From Candidatus Omnitrophota bacterium (GTDB taxonomy: Bacteria > Omnitrophota > Gorgyraeia > Zapsychrales > Aceulaceae), in the NCBI GenBank assembly GCA_029564765.1, contig JAKQPK010000023.1:87084-151083 (forward strand): 64,000 bases of DNA, written 5' to 3'. Every line of letters begins with the position of its first letter. Position 1 is the first letter of the stretch. Positions 23,338 through 33,091 of the stretch are shown piece after piece. The notes under the pieces were generated by a model. It saw only the letters and a list, made by a program, of their open reading frames with translations. It did no database searches and was not told the origin of the DNA. Both the position numbers and the translations under genes were made by a program.

Positions 23338-24597
23338 TTATGAACGAACTTGGCCATTACCAAGAATTTCATACTTATAAGTTGTTAGTTCTTCTAAAGC
23401 CATCGGCCCTCGCGCGTGCAGCTTGTCCGTGCTGATCCCTATTTCCGCGCCAAAACCAAACTCATAACCATCAGTAAAGCGGGTCGAGGCGTTAACATAA
23501 ACACAGGCGGAATCAACAGATCTTAAGAAATGTTTTGCTTCGGACTTATTGCGTGTGATGATCGCGTCTGAATGCTTAGTGCCATAATAATTAATATGCT
23601 CTATGGCCTCTTGCGCACCTTTAACGACCTTTACTGCCAGAATAAGATCTAAATACTCTTCAAACCAGTCCTTGTCCGTTGCCTTCCCAATTTTCGCTGC
23701 GCAGATCTGGCGTGTTTTAGGACACCCTCGAACCTCCACACCCGCGTCGATAAACTCTGATATCATGCCAGGCAAGAACTTTCTTGCGATGCGCTCATCC
23801 ACTAATAATGTTTCCATGGCGTTGCAAACACCCGGTCGCTGGACCTTGGCATTCAAGCATATCTTGCGCGCCATCGCAAGGTCCGCAGAAGCGCCAACAT
23901 AAACGTGACAAACACCTTTGTAATGTTTTACCACCGGAATATAAGAATTTTCAACAACAAAACGGATCAGCCCCTCCCCTCCGCGCGGAATAACAAGATC
24001 GATATGTTGATCTTGGCGCAAAAGAACGTCCAAGGCTCCACGATCAGTTACGTCAATGAATTGGATCGCATCCACGGATATCTTCGTTTTACGCAAAGCT
24101 ATTCTTAGCACTTTAAAGATAGCCCGATTCGAAAAGATCGCTTCTTTACCGCCTCGTAAAATAACCGCGTTCCCTGATTTAAGACACAAGCCGGCGCAAT
24201 CACTTGTGACATTAGGTCGAGATTCATAAATGACCCCAATGACCCCAATAGACGTCCTAACCTTTCGGATCACAAGTCCGTTAGGCCTCTTAAAGACCCT
24301 CAAGACCTGACCAACTGGATCCTGAAGGCGTGCCGTATCCTGAAGGCAAGCAGCCATCGCTTCAACACGCTTAAGGTTAAGCGTCAATCGATCGATAAGG
24401 GCGGCTGAATAACCATTAGCGCGCGCGGCATCAACGTCCTTTTTATTCTCCCGTAACAAAAAATTCTTGCGCGCGATCAAAGCATGCGCCATCAGAAGAA
24501 GCGCTTTGTTCTTTTCTTGCGTTGATATCAAGGCAAGCGATCGGGAAGCTTTTTTTGCCCGCTGAGCGATCGCTGATATGTTTTTCTCGAACTTCAT
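23338..24597 (-). CDS. proA: Gamma-glutamyl phosphate reductase
   Basis: IYESRPNVT, PGVCNAMET, VNASTRFTDG and LHARGPM motifs; start moved to MKFEK (24597). Confidence 0.96.
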   Translation of the reverse strand: MKFEKNISAIAQRAKKASRSLALISTQEKNKALLLMAHALIARKNFLLRENKKDVDAARANGYSAALIDRLTLNLKRVEAMAACLQDTARLQDPVGQVLRVFKRPNGLVIRKVRTSIGVIGVIYESRPNVTSDCAGLCLKSGNAVILRGGKEAIFSNRAIFKVLRIALRKTKISVDAIQFIDVTDRGALDVLLRQDQHIDLVIPRGGEGLIRFVVENSYIPVVKHYKGVCHVYVGASADLAMARKICLNAKVQRPGVCNAMETLLVDERIARKFLPGMISEFIDAGVEVRGCPKTRQICAAKIGKATDKDWFEEYLDLILAVKVVKGAQEAIEHINYYGTKHSDAIITRNKSEAKHFLRSVDSACVYVNASTRFTDGYEFGFGAEIGISTDKLHARGPMALEELTTYKYEILGNGQVRS

Positions 24598-24607
24598 AAC
24601 TGCACCC

Positions 24608-25696
24608 TTACCGTTGAGACAGAACCATATCATCGCAGTGAATGACTTCTGCCTTTTGCTTTTTATCTTTTGCCGTATGCAGATCGCTAACGGAATAGTT
24701 CACGATGCCTCGAGCAAATTCCTGACCCTGCTGGTCAACAACGGCGACAACATCATCCTTTCTGAAATGACCTTCCCAGCCCACGATACCCGGCAACAAA
24801 AGGCTTTTCCCACCCTTAAGTAAAGCCTGTCGAGCGCCCGCGTCAACAATGATCTTTCCTTTGGGTTTGGCGGCAAACGAGATCCAATGACGCTTTGCTA
24901 AGAGCCTATCTTCTTTCTCGACGAATAAAGTTCCGACCTGCCCACCTTTAAGAATGTCTGCGATAACACATGGCGCATTGGCGTTAGCAATAATGCATGG
25001 GATCTTTGCCTGTGTAACGATCTTAACTGCCTCCAATTTTGTGACCATGCCGCCTTTTGAAATGTTCTTATTCGGCGTTCCAAGGGCCAGACTCTCTATC
25101 TCTTTCGTGACCTCTTTGATCTCGCGAAAAACTTTCTTGTCTGAACTCTGAGTGTCATAAAGACCATCGACGTCGGAGAGGATCAGAAGCAGGTCCGCGC
25201 CAATCAAGCTAGCAACCAATGCTGAAAGCCGATCGTTATCGCCGAACTTGATCTCATCATTTGATATCGTGTCATTCTCGTTAATGATAGGGATGACATC
25301 GTATTCTAAGATCTTTTCAATGGTTTTTCGAGCGCTATTGTAACGCAACCGATCTCTAAAATCATCCCACGTGAGCAAAACTTGAGCGCAACACAATCCA
25401 TTTTTTCTAAAAAGCTGTGTATACAAATGCATGAGAACATTTTGCCCTATAGCGGCTAATGCTTGTAGCGAGGTAACATCCGCTGGGCGCAGGCGCTGGC
25501 CGAGCTCGCCTAACCCTAGAACAATAGAGCCAGAGCTTACGAGTACAACATCAATGCCTTGTCGTGACACAGCGCAGATCTCGCTGGCTAGCGACTCAAA
25601 AGCAGAAGCTTTCGGATTCATGTAATAGTTCGCGATCGTTGCCGAACCTAGCTTGATAACGATACGCTTGATTTTTCTTTCGAATGTTCTCGACAT
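24608..25696 (-). CDS. proB: Glutamate 5-kinase with PUA domain
   Basis: VIKLGS, VSSG, INEND, FGDNDRLSA and GGM.TK motifs. Confidence 0.96.
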   Translation of the reverse strand: MSRTFERKIKRIVIKLGSATIANYYMNPKASAFESLASEICAVSRQGIDVVLVSSGSIVLGLGELGQRLRPADVTSLQALAAIGQNVLMHLYTQLFRKNGLCCAQVLLTWDDFRDRLRYNSARKTIEKILEYDVIPIINENDTISNDEIKFGDNDRLSALVASLIGADLLLILSDVDGLYDTQSSDKKVFREIKEVTKEIESLALGTPNKNISKGGMVTKLEAVKIVTQAKIPCIIANANAPCVIADILKGGQVGTLFVEKEDRLLAKRHWISFAAKPKGKIIVDAGARQALLKGGKSLLLPGIVGWEGHFRKDDVVAVVDQQGQEFARGIVNYSVSDLHTAKDKKQKAEVIHCDDMVLSQR

Positions 25697-26658
25697 AAAA
25701 CCTTCTTTATTTCCTGGATAAGCTTATCCAGCCCTTCTTTCTCAAGGGCTGAGATCAAAAAGATCTTTCCTTTAATCTTTTTCTTGAACCGTTTGAGGTT
25801 TTCCTTGCTCTCCGGTAGGTCGATCTTATTGCCAACGATGATCTGCTTTTTAAAAGAAAGCTGTTCACTGTATGACTCCAACTCATGATTGATCTTTTCG
25901 TAATCTTCGATCGGATCCCGACCGTCCACGCCCGCCATATCAATGACATGAACTAGGATGCGTGTTCGCTCCGCGTGCCGCAAAAATCGGTCTCCCAAAC
26001 CTTTTCCGTGATGCGCCCCTTCAATAAGCCCTGGAAGATCAGCGACAACGAATTGAGAATAATCCTCTTGGTCCTGAACGAACCCCAGGATCGGTTGGCG
26101 CGTAGTAAAAGGGTAACTTGCGATCTTGGAGCGAACTCTAGAAATACTGGAGATCAATGTTGACTTGCCTGCGTTAGGAAAGCCGATCAATCCAACATCC
26201 GCAACAGTCTTGAGCTCAAAATGAATGGTTCGCGCTTCGCCCTGCCCAGCCGGTTTTGGTGTTCGATTTTTGTTGTTGCCAATGCCCCCGGCACCACCTC
26301 TAGCAACGACGACGCTTTGGCCGTCTCCTGCCAGATCCTTGATCATAAGGCCTGTGTCGTGATCGCGAACGATCGTGCCGACAGGAACCTTCAAAATGCA
26401 ATCTTCGCCGGTTTTTCCGTGCTTATTCTTGCTGCTGGCATGGCCACCGCGCTGCGCTTCATGGTGCTGGCGAAATTTATAGTCTAGCAGTGTCTGGACC
26501 GACCGGCTTGCGAGCACGACAACACTACCGCCACGGCCACCATCGCCACCGTCGGGACGGGGATAGCGCGTCCTGAGATCCTGATAAAAACTTTCGCACC
26601 CCTTCCCTCCGTCTCCGGCTTTGATAAAGATTCTTGCTTCATCAACGAAGGCGCTCAT
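25648..26658 (-). CDS. obgE: GTPase ObgE/CgtA (short form, no C-terminal OCT domain)
   Basis: FVDEA..GDGG Gly-rich Obg fold; GFPNAGKST, YPFTT, DLPG and NKID motifs. Confidence 0.96.
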   Translation of the reverse strand: MSAFVDEARIFIKAGDGGKGCESFYQDLRTRYPRPDGGDGGRGGSVVVLASRSVQTLLDYKFRQHHEAQRGGHASSKNKHGKTGEDCILKVPVGTIVRDHDTGLMIKDLAGDGQSVVVARGGAGGIGNNKNRTPKPAGQGEARTIHFELKTVADVGLIGFPNAGKSTLISSISRVRSKIASYPFTTRQPILGFVQDQEDYSQFVVADLPGLIEGAHHGKGLGDRFLRHAERTRILVHVIDMAGVDGRDPIEDYEKINHELESYSEQLSFKKQIIVGNKIDLPESKENLKRFKKKIKGKIFLISALEKEGLDKLIQEIKKVLCREHSKEKSSVSLSS

Positions 26659-26691
26659 AGAATGGATCCTTCTCTTGCGAGAACAAAAACG

Positions 26692-27009
26692 CTATGCTTT
26701 TGCTTCGATCTTGGCAATTTTAAGAATGGTCAATTTCTGACGATGCCCTTTTTTCCAAGACGTATTCTTACGCTTGGAATATTTAAAGGACACGGCTTTG
26801 TTGTCTTTGGCTTCAGCTGCCACGACATCAGCCTTAACCTTGACATCTGACAAGAATGGATTTCCGATCTTAACAGTTTCTCCATCTTCAAAAAGAAGAA
26901 CTTGATCAAGCTGGACAGACTTTTCAGCTTTTTCAAGGCGCTGAACACTGATCGTGTCACCTTCGGTGATTTTGTATTGCTGAGAACCTACCTGAACAAT
27001 TGCGTACAT
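26692..27009 (-). CDS. rplU: 50S ribosomal protein bL21
   Basis: MYAIV..G..QYK and GHRQ.LT motifs. Confidence 0.97.
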   Translation of the reverse strand: MYAIVQVGSQQYKITEGDTISVQRLEKAEKSVQLDQVLLFEDGETVKIGNPFLSDVKVKADVVAAEAKDNKAVSFKYSKRKNTSWKKGHRQKLTILKIAKIEAKA

Positions 27010-27036
27010 GATGCCTCCTTTAAATAAGCTCGTACA

Positions 27037-28341
27037 CTACCCCGTCTTCACTTGCCCTCTGCCTTGACAATAAGGACAAGGACTGAAAGACATGGATTGT
27101 ATTGTTTTTCCTGTGCGCGCCCTGGTCATTTCCAAAAGACCAAGCTGTGAGATACGCGTAAGCTCTGTTTTGGCGTGATCTTTCTCGAGCGCTTTTTCTA
27201 AGGCCTGCAAAACCTGCCGCTTGTGGCCTTCCCTGTTCATATCAATAAAATCGATGACAATAATACCACCTAAATCCCGTAAGCGCAACTGTCGCGCGAT
27301 CTCGGTCGCTGCCTCCATATTGACCATGAACGCCGCGTCTTCTGGAGAAGCATTGACCTTAAAACGGCCACTATTCACATCAACCACGGTCAATCCTTCA
27401 GTAGGTTCGATTACAACATAAGCGCCAGATTTTAAATAAACCTTGGTCTCATAGATCTTATTCAACTGCTTTGTGATATTCTTCGCCTCGAACAATGGCG
27501 CCTCACCGCGGTAATGCTGGATACGATTGATCATTTCATTTCCGATCAACGTAAAAACAAACTTGCGAATACGATGATAGGCTTCCTGAGAATCAACGAT
27601 AATGCTGTCAATATCATCACGTAGAAAATCTCGGACGATCCTCCAGACCAGATCATATTCCTTGTACAACAACGCGGGCGCCTGTTTTCCTTCTGACTGC
27701 TTACGGATCTTCTGCCAAATCTCATAGAGAAACTTGGCATCGCGGACAATTTCACGCTTACCCTTATCTAAGGCAACTGTTCTAATAATGAAGCCGCTGT
27801 TTTTCGCAAAATCTAGATCCTTCAAAAGCTCTCTCAGACGATGCCTCTCATCGCCTGTATCGATCCTCTTTGAAACACCTAGATGTTTGTCATAAGGCAT
27901 AAAAACAACAAACCGCCCAGGAAGGCTCACGTGAGAAGTAAGCCGAGCACCTTTTGTGCCAAAGGGCTCTTTAACGACTTGAACAATGATCTCATCCCCT
28001 TTAGATAATGCCGGAGGATGTTCTGATCTTTTTTTAGTCTCCTTCGGTTTTACCTGCGGGTTTAGGATCTTTTCAATAAATTTTCGAGGACCCGATAGCT
28101 CTTCTTCCACTAACGGATTGACTATATCGGTCAAATACAAAAATCCGTTCTTTTCTTGCCCGATGTTAACAAACGCCGCATTAATGGACGGCAAGATGGA
28201 TTCAACGCGCCCTTTATAAATATTGCCTAGCAGCGTTCCTTCGGACTCTCTTTCGATATAAAAATCTTCCAGCACGCCACTTTCTATAATAGCGACACGC
28301 GTCTCACCTTCTTTAATATTAACTAAGATTTCTTTGGACAT
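27037..28341 (-). CDS. rng: Ribonuclease E/G family protein (RNase G-size)
   Basis: GNIYKGRV, DVNSG, RLRDLGGIIVIDFIDM and CPYC Zn link; 434 aa, no C-terminal scaffold. Confidence 0.92.
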   Translation of the reverse strand: MSKEILVNIKEGETRVAIIESGVLEDFYIERESEGTLLGNIYKGRVESILPSINAAFVNIGQEKNGFLYLTDIVNPLVEEELSGPRKFIEKILNPQVKPKETKKRSEHPPALSKGDEIIVQVVKEPFGTKGARLTSHVSLPGRFVVFMPYDKHLGVSKRIDTGDERHRLRELLKDLDFAKNSGFIIRTVALDKGKREIVRDAKFLYEIWQKIRKQSEGKQAPALLYKEYDLVWRIVRDFLRDDIDSIIVDSQEAYHRIRKFVFTLIGNEMINRIQHYRGEAPLFEAKNITKQLNKIYETKVYLKSGAYVVIEPTEGLTVVDVNSGRFKVNASPEDAAFMVNMEAATEIARQLRLRDLGGIIVIDFIDMNREGHKRQVLQALEKALEKDHAKTELTRISQLGLLEMTRARTGKTIQSMSFSPCPYCQGRGQVKTG

Positions 28342-28349
28342 AGGATAGG

Positions 28350-29765
28350 TTATTTCTTCTTCTCGAACCGCTTCTCTGCAACGCCTAGTTGATCAGCGTC
28401 ATTGACCTTTTCTGGCTGAATCACATGTGGCGTAATAAAGATGATCAGTTCTGTTTTGGTTAGCGTTTTTTCGCTTTTTTGAAAGGCAAGACCCATGATA
28501 GGGATATCGCCAAAGAAAGGCACTTTCTTTTTTGTATCGTTCCACTGCTTCTTGATCAAACCCGCGATCACAAGTGTTTGGCCATCCTTGATCATAACTC
28601 GCGTCGATGCGGATTCCGTGCTTAGTCGCGGAACACTCGTAGACTCCACCTGCACATAATCTAAGATCGCTGTTACCTTAGGCTCAACCTCTAAGGTAAT
28701 ATATCCTAGCTTATTGACTTGTGGCGTGACCTCAAAAATAATGCCAATGTCCTTATACTCCCACCCAGAAACTTGTAATTTTGCCTGCTCTTCATTGTAT
28801 GTGTATTGAGGCAAGGGATACTGGGTGCCAACAACAATATTTGCCTTCTGATTATCAAGGGTCGTAATGCGCGGATTGGAAAGGATATCTGTCCCAGAGC
28901 GCGACTTCAGCAATTCCAGGACGGCCTGCATTTGAGAAAAATCCAAGACACCAAAAGTAAACAAATTTGTATCTGGCGTTGGGAAGTTCATGCCTGGGCC
29001 ACTTAAAAATTTATTAGAGGAATTTTCGGTGAACGGCCAATATGCCGGCCTTGCAGAACCTGAAGCGCCCGCTTTAAAAGTCCAATCAATACCCATATTT
29101 TCCGTGTTTGTCAGCGTCGTCTCAATGATCTTTGCTTCAATAAGGACCTGCGGCGTCGCGGCATCAAGACGCTCCACGACCTTAGCGACTACCTCTAAAT
29201 TGCTTGGTGTATCTCGCACGATCAGCACGTTCGTCCTTTTGTCAAAATTGACCGTACCCCGAGCTGTCAGCATCTTCTCTATTGAGCCAACGACTTGGGT
29301 CGCATCTGCATAATCTAAAATAAAGGTTTTTGTCATGACAGACTCTTGGTCTGCCAATATCAAATCATCTTCGCGCAGTTTCTTTAAGTTCTGAACCGTC
29401 GTAACGACAATAATGTTGCCGCGCTGATCATACCCATAACCATACGTCTTTAGGATCACATTGAGCGCGTCTTGCCAAGTCACATTCTTAAGCTTAATGG
29501 TCACTAACCCTTGAACATCAGGACTTGGAACAATATTGATCTTTGCCTTGTACGATAAGATTTCCAGGACATTGCGAATATCTGCGTTCTCAAAATCTAG
29601 AGTAACGCAGCCATCACAAACCGCCTCATGGGCATCAGAAGCTGTTTGGGCTGCCGCAGGCCCTGCGCTCTTCCCCGTAGTTGTATTCTCCTGCTGAGCT
29701 AAAAGCTGCTGGATCATGATCCCAAGACATAAGATACCAAAAATAGCAATAACATATTTCTTCAT
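28350..29765 (-). CDS. pilQ: Type IV pilus secretin (PilQ-like, short, no AMIN domains)
   Basis: Signal peptide; TLDFENADIR (N0), N3 domain, QVLIEAKIIE, KVPFFGDIP and ELIIFITP secretin motifs; last gene of pilMNOP. Confidence 0.85.
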   Translation of the reverse strand: MKKYVIAIFGILCLGIMIQQLLAQQENTTTGKSAGPAAAQTASDAHEAVCDGCVTLDFENADIRNVLEILSYKAKINIVPSPDVQGLVTIKLKNVTWQDALNVILKTYGYGYDQRGNIIVVTTVQNLKKLREDDLILADQESVMTKTFILDYADATQVVGSIEKMLTARGTVNFDKRTNVLIVRDTPSNLEVVAKVVERLDAATPQVLIEAKIIETTLTNTENMGIDWTFKAGASGSARPAYWPFTENSSNKFLSGPGMNFPTPDTNLFTFGVLDFSQMQAVLELLKSRSGTDILSNPRITTLDNQKANIVVGTQYPLPQYTYNEEQAKLQVSGWEYKDIGIIFEVTPQVNKLGYITLEVEPKVTAILDYVQVESTSVPRLSTESASTRVMIKDGQTLVIAGLIKKQWNDTKKKVPFFGDIPIMGLAFQKSEKTLTKTELIIFITPHVIQPEKVNDADQLGVAEKRFEKKK

Positions 29766-29768
29766 GCC

Positions 29769-30131
29769 TTACTCCTTTTTCAGGTTCAAGCTAAATTCCT
29801 GACCTTGTCGATACAGCGTAACTGAATCTTGATTCACCGCAGTGACCACAAAACCTCCAATACGGTCTTCGATCTTGACAACCCTGCTGTTGATGATCGC
29901 AAACCTCTCTCCGTCAGGGTCATAGATGACCCCCTCTAAAACCATGTCTGAAAATTGCAAGCTATCATCATAAGATAGGATCGCACCGCTAGATGATACC
30001 AATGGCCAAAATGGATCGCGCCGCCCATGAGAGTCATACATAAAATCTTCTTGCGCAATTGCAAGAGCGGCTGACAAAAACAAGGCCAGGGTCCCTATGG
30101 CTGCAATAAAAAATCGCTTCATCATGCTCAT
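29769..30131 (-). CDS. PilP/GspC-HR-like periplasmic protein
   Basis: Between pilO and the secretin; RRDPF motif and L.GVI.....FAIIN beta domain; no Cys, so no lipobox. Confidence 0.65.
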   Translation of the reverse strand: MSMMKRFFIAAIGTLALFLSAALAIAQEDFMYDSHGRRDPFWPLVSSSGAILSYDDSLQFSDMVLEGVIYDPDGERFAIINSRVVKIEDRIGGFVVTAVNQDSVTLYRQGQEFSLNLKKE

Positions 30132-30712
30132 TTCTTTTTTACAATAAAAACATTAACTGTAGCCGTGACAATATTCTTCTTAACAGAGCCGGCATCTTTC
30201 ATGATCTCAAAATTATCAATGCTCATAAACGTTTCATCATTTTCCAGCTTGTAAAAAAATGTGCCGATCTCATGGTATCCACCTTCCGCGCTTAAAGCGA
30301 TCGGTAATGAGAAATATTCGCCATGCTCATTACTCAAGACCCTTGTCTCTGCGTTATTTAAAGGTGCGATCTGGTTGATCCTGATCGAGGATTTAGCCGC
30401 CAGCCTGGAGATCTTGTCGATCATCATGATCGCTTCTTCCTTTGGCAGGATACTATTCTCAATCCTGCTTAGCTTATCCTTCAGATTGACTATCTCTTCG
30501 CGGAGAACCGGTAATCGCTGCAGATTGTCTTTTGTCTCCCTAACCCCTTGCGATGTCTCCACAATTTTCTTTCTAGTTGATGCAAGGGCTTGCAACTGAG
30601 GTCTCATGATCAAGAAAAAATCAACAATAACAATAAAAATGATCGCGAAACCTAGCAGGACATAGCTTAGCTGTCTGGTCATTTCTATTTTAGGAAGCAA
30701 TTGTTTATCCAT
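30128..30712 (-). CDS. pilO: Type IV pilus alignment protein PilO
   Basis: N-terminal TM, coiled coil, LP...E and G.YH.IG.F..LE motifs. Confidence 0.82.
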   Translation of the reverse strand: MDKQLLPKIEMTRQLSYVLLGFAIIFIVIVDFFLIMRPQLQALASTRKKIVETSQGVRETKDNLQRLPVLREEIVNLKDKLSRIENSILPKEEAIMMIDKISRLAAKSSIRINQIAPLNNAETRVLSNEHGEYFSLPIALSAEGGYHEIGTFFYKLENDETFMSIDNFEIMKDAGSVKKNIVTATVNVFIVKKK

Positions 30713-30713
30713 C

Positions 30714-31307
30714 TTACTTACCGCCTACTTGCAATCGAAGAACAAAATTAGCGATCTCTGTAGTGTTGACCCTGCGACGACCTGTAAAATTCATATCAGG
30801 GTCCTTCAATCCTTTCATGAACAACGAATTGCTACGTAAATTTGTACTGAACGTGTTGACGATATTCGCGTAGTCGCCTTTTTTGGAGACTACGCTTCCT
30901 TCCATGATAAAGTTTTCTTTTGTTAGCGTCATGCGCGCCAACCACGTTCCAGGCGTCATCGCATCACTAACCGCATTCAGCTTTTGGGACCACGAAAGTC
31001 GTTTTCCCGTAGTAACGCTTTCAATGGTCGAAATTTTCTGGCGCAAAACCTTCAACTCCGCCAACACAGCATTAACCTCGGTTCTCTGAGGACCAATGCC
31101 TGCGAGGGATACTTCAATAGCCTTGCACGTCCCCATTTGCACAAATATCGTTAATTGCAATACAATATTAACAATGAACAAAAATGCCAAGAAACCACCG
31201 ACAATACCTATAGAAATTTCCAGCGGAATAGCTTGGACCGCTCGATGGAAGAGTCGATATTTCTTTCGCTTAACAAGTTCTTCGGGGACAAGATTGATAT
31301 TAATCAT
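30714..31307 (-). CDS. pilN: Type IV pilus alignment protein PilN
   Basis: N-terminal INLVP (PilM-binding INLLP-type) motif, TM helix, periplasmic domain. Confidence 0.8.
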   Translation of the reverse strand: MININLVPEELVKRKKYRLFHRAVQAIPLEISIGIVGGFLAFLFIVNIVLQLTIFVQMGTCKAIEVSLAGIGPQRTEVNAVLAELKVLRQKISTIESVTTGKRLSWSQKLNAVSDAMTPGTWLARMTLTKENFIMEGSVVSKKGDYANIVNTFSTNLRSNSLFMKGLKDPDMNFTGRRRVNTTEIANFVLRLQVGGK

Positions 31308-32391
31308 TTTTTGTCAATGCCAGTCCTAAAGCTACGCATAACTGATCAGCCTGCGCTAAAAAGTCTTGTTTATCAACGTTTCCTGAAAACTCCAAATCAG
31401 GGGACGGGGCCCAAGCCTGAACAGGAATCTCAAGTTCTTTGGTCAAGAAATCTTGAAGGCCCTGCAAGCGCGCTCCCTGTCCAGCTAGCAAAATCTTTAT
31501 AACGCGCGCCCCATCTTCTGAACTAAAATAATCGAAAGAAAGGCGGATCTCTGATACAAAATTCATTAAAACGGGATGACAGGCCTTTAGCACATCTTCC
31601 TGCTTATCTTGAGAGGAACATTTTATTTTTTCCGCTCCTTGAAAGTCCAAACTAAGCAAGCTCATGATCTTCTGGGTAAAATCTTTTCCTCCGATCGCGA
31701 TCTCTCTGGTAAAACGAGGACCATGGTCCCGGAAAATAATAATCGTCGACTTGGCCTCCCCAACGTCTAAAAAGGCAAAAGCTTCCTTTTTTACGCTAGC
31801 CGGCAAAGAAATTGATCGTGTTTCTTTTTGCCCTTCAATGACCGCATTCGCAGCAGCAATCGCATGTAAGCCTATAAAATTCGCTTGTAAACCAAGATTT
31901 GAGATCATCTGCAAGCGATCTTTAACGATGTCCTTTTTTGCTACTGCAACAAGAACCGACATCTTATTGTCTTTTATCTGGCCATCATCGATAATTTGGC
32001 AATCAATATAGATCTCATTGCTCGGGAAAGGAAAATATTTGTCAGACTCGATCAACAAAGAGTCTTTTAACTGCGTGACTGGCATGCGAGGCATTCGAAT
32101 GAAACGGATCAAGGTTCCCTGGCCTGCAAGTCCCGTAAAAACGTTTTTTGACTCACTATCAATCTTTTTCAAGAGATTCCGGACTGCTGAAAGGACATCC
32201 CGGTCATGTACAGGCTCTACAGCCCAATTCATGATCTTAACATTTTTACTAGTCCGGACAACCTCAACCGCCTTGCATTGATAATTGCCAATATCAAGAC
32301 CTATAGAGGTCTCCTGAGGTCCGACAGGGATGTATTTTCTGATTAAAGAAAAATACGTATCTATAATATTTTGAATTTTATGCTTAAACAT
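31300..32391 (-). CDS. pilM: Type IV pilus actin-like protein PilM
   Basis: IGLDIG, LDVG, REI.IGG.DFT and EI..SFDYF motifs. Confidence 0.88.
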   Translation of the reverse strand: MFKHKIQNIIDTYFSLIRKYIPVGPQETSIGLDIGNYQCKAVEVVRTSKNVKIMNWAVEPVHDRDVLSAVRNLLKKIDSESKNVFTGLAGQGTLIRFIRMPRMPVTQLKDSLLIESDKYFPFPSNEIYIDCQIIDDGQIKDNKMSVLVAVAKKDIVKDRLQMISNLGLQANFIGLHAIAAANAVIEGQKETRSISLPASVKKEAFAFLDVGEAKSTIIIFRDHGPRFTREIAIGGKDFTQKIMSLLSLDFQGAEKIKCSSQDKQEDVLKACHPVLMNFVSEIRLSFDYFSSEDGARVIKILLAGQGARLQGLQDFLTKELEIPVQAWAPSPDLEFSGNVDKQDFLAQADQLCVALGLALTKND

Positions 32392-32430
32392 TTATTTAAT
32401 AAATATAATATTCTTATTATTTCTTATCTT

Positions 32431-32458
32431 ATTATATTTGCTTTTACTCTCTAATCAA
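32431..32458 (-). promoter_or_regulatory. Candidate sigma70 promoter for pilMNOPQ-rng-rplU...
   Basis: TTGATT-16 nt-TATAAT in an AT-rich gap downstream of the pilin terminator. Confidence 0.6.
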
Positions 32459-32496
32459 ATATTAACTCATTTTTCTTTCTGTCCCAGAAAAACCTT

Positions 32497-32537
32497 AAAA
32501 AACAAAGAGGGCTTGGGATTTCATCCCAAGCCCTCTT
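32497..32537 (-). terminator. Intrinsic terminator of the pilin gene
   Basis: Perfect 15-bp stem AAGAGGGCTTGGGAT/ATCCCAAGCCCTCTT followed by TGTTTTTT, 20 nt after the pilin stop. Confidence 0.88.
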
Positions 32538-32557
32538 CAAAAACCACACTTACAGCC

Positions 32558-32947
32558 TTATTGAGCTGTTAACACACCACCTGTTGTAATGGTATAGGTT
32601 GATGAACCTGTAACATTACGCGAGACAGGAGTAGCTGTCAACGTATACCCTGTAGTTGTAAATGTACAGGCGTATGAAAAACCTGACAAATTGCTTCCAC
32701 AGTACGCTGTGTTAAGATAAGGCGGTGTCGCATTCATAAGCGATGTTATTTGAGCTGGATAACTTCCGGTGTTCGCAGTGCCGTATGTTTCAGCTGCCGT
32801 AGAAATGGCGCGAAGAGTGCTCTGCGCTAAGCTATCGTTGGCTGAAAGTCTTGCGCGAAGCAAGTTCGGAATAGCGATCGCGGCTAACAACGCAATGATC
32901 GCAACAACGATCATGATTTCGACCAATGTAAAACCTTTTTTATTCAT
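32558..32947 (-). CDS. pilA: Type IVa (probable major) pilin
   Basis: Class III signal MNKKG/FTLVEIMIVVAII with Glu5, AIP kink and a C-terminal Cys pair; strong SD AAGGAGG; own promoter and terminator. Confidence 0.88.
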   Translation of the reverse strand: MNKKGFTLVEIMIVVAIIALLAAIAIPNLLRARLSANDSLAQSTLRAISTAAETYGTANTGSYPAQITSLMNATPPYLNTAYCGSNLSGFSYACTFTTTGYTLTATPVSRNVTGSSTYTITTGGVLTAQ

Positions 32948-33091
32948 TGTTCTCTCCTCCTTTCAGGATTCAGATTGAACATCTCTGAAAATCTGCCTCG
33001 CGAGAAGAGAATGAGCAGAATGTATGATGCCGTCGAAGGGATGACTCTTGCTCTGCGTGCTTTTTTTCAGGACAGTTCTAATCCTTTTTTT

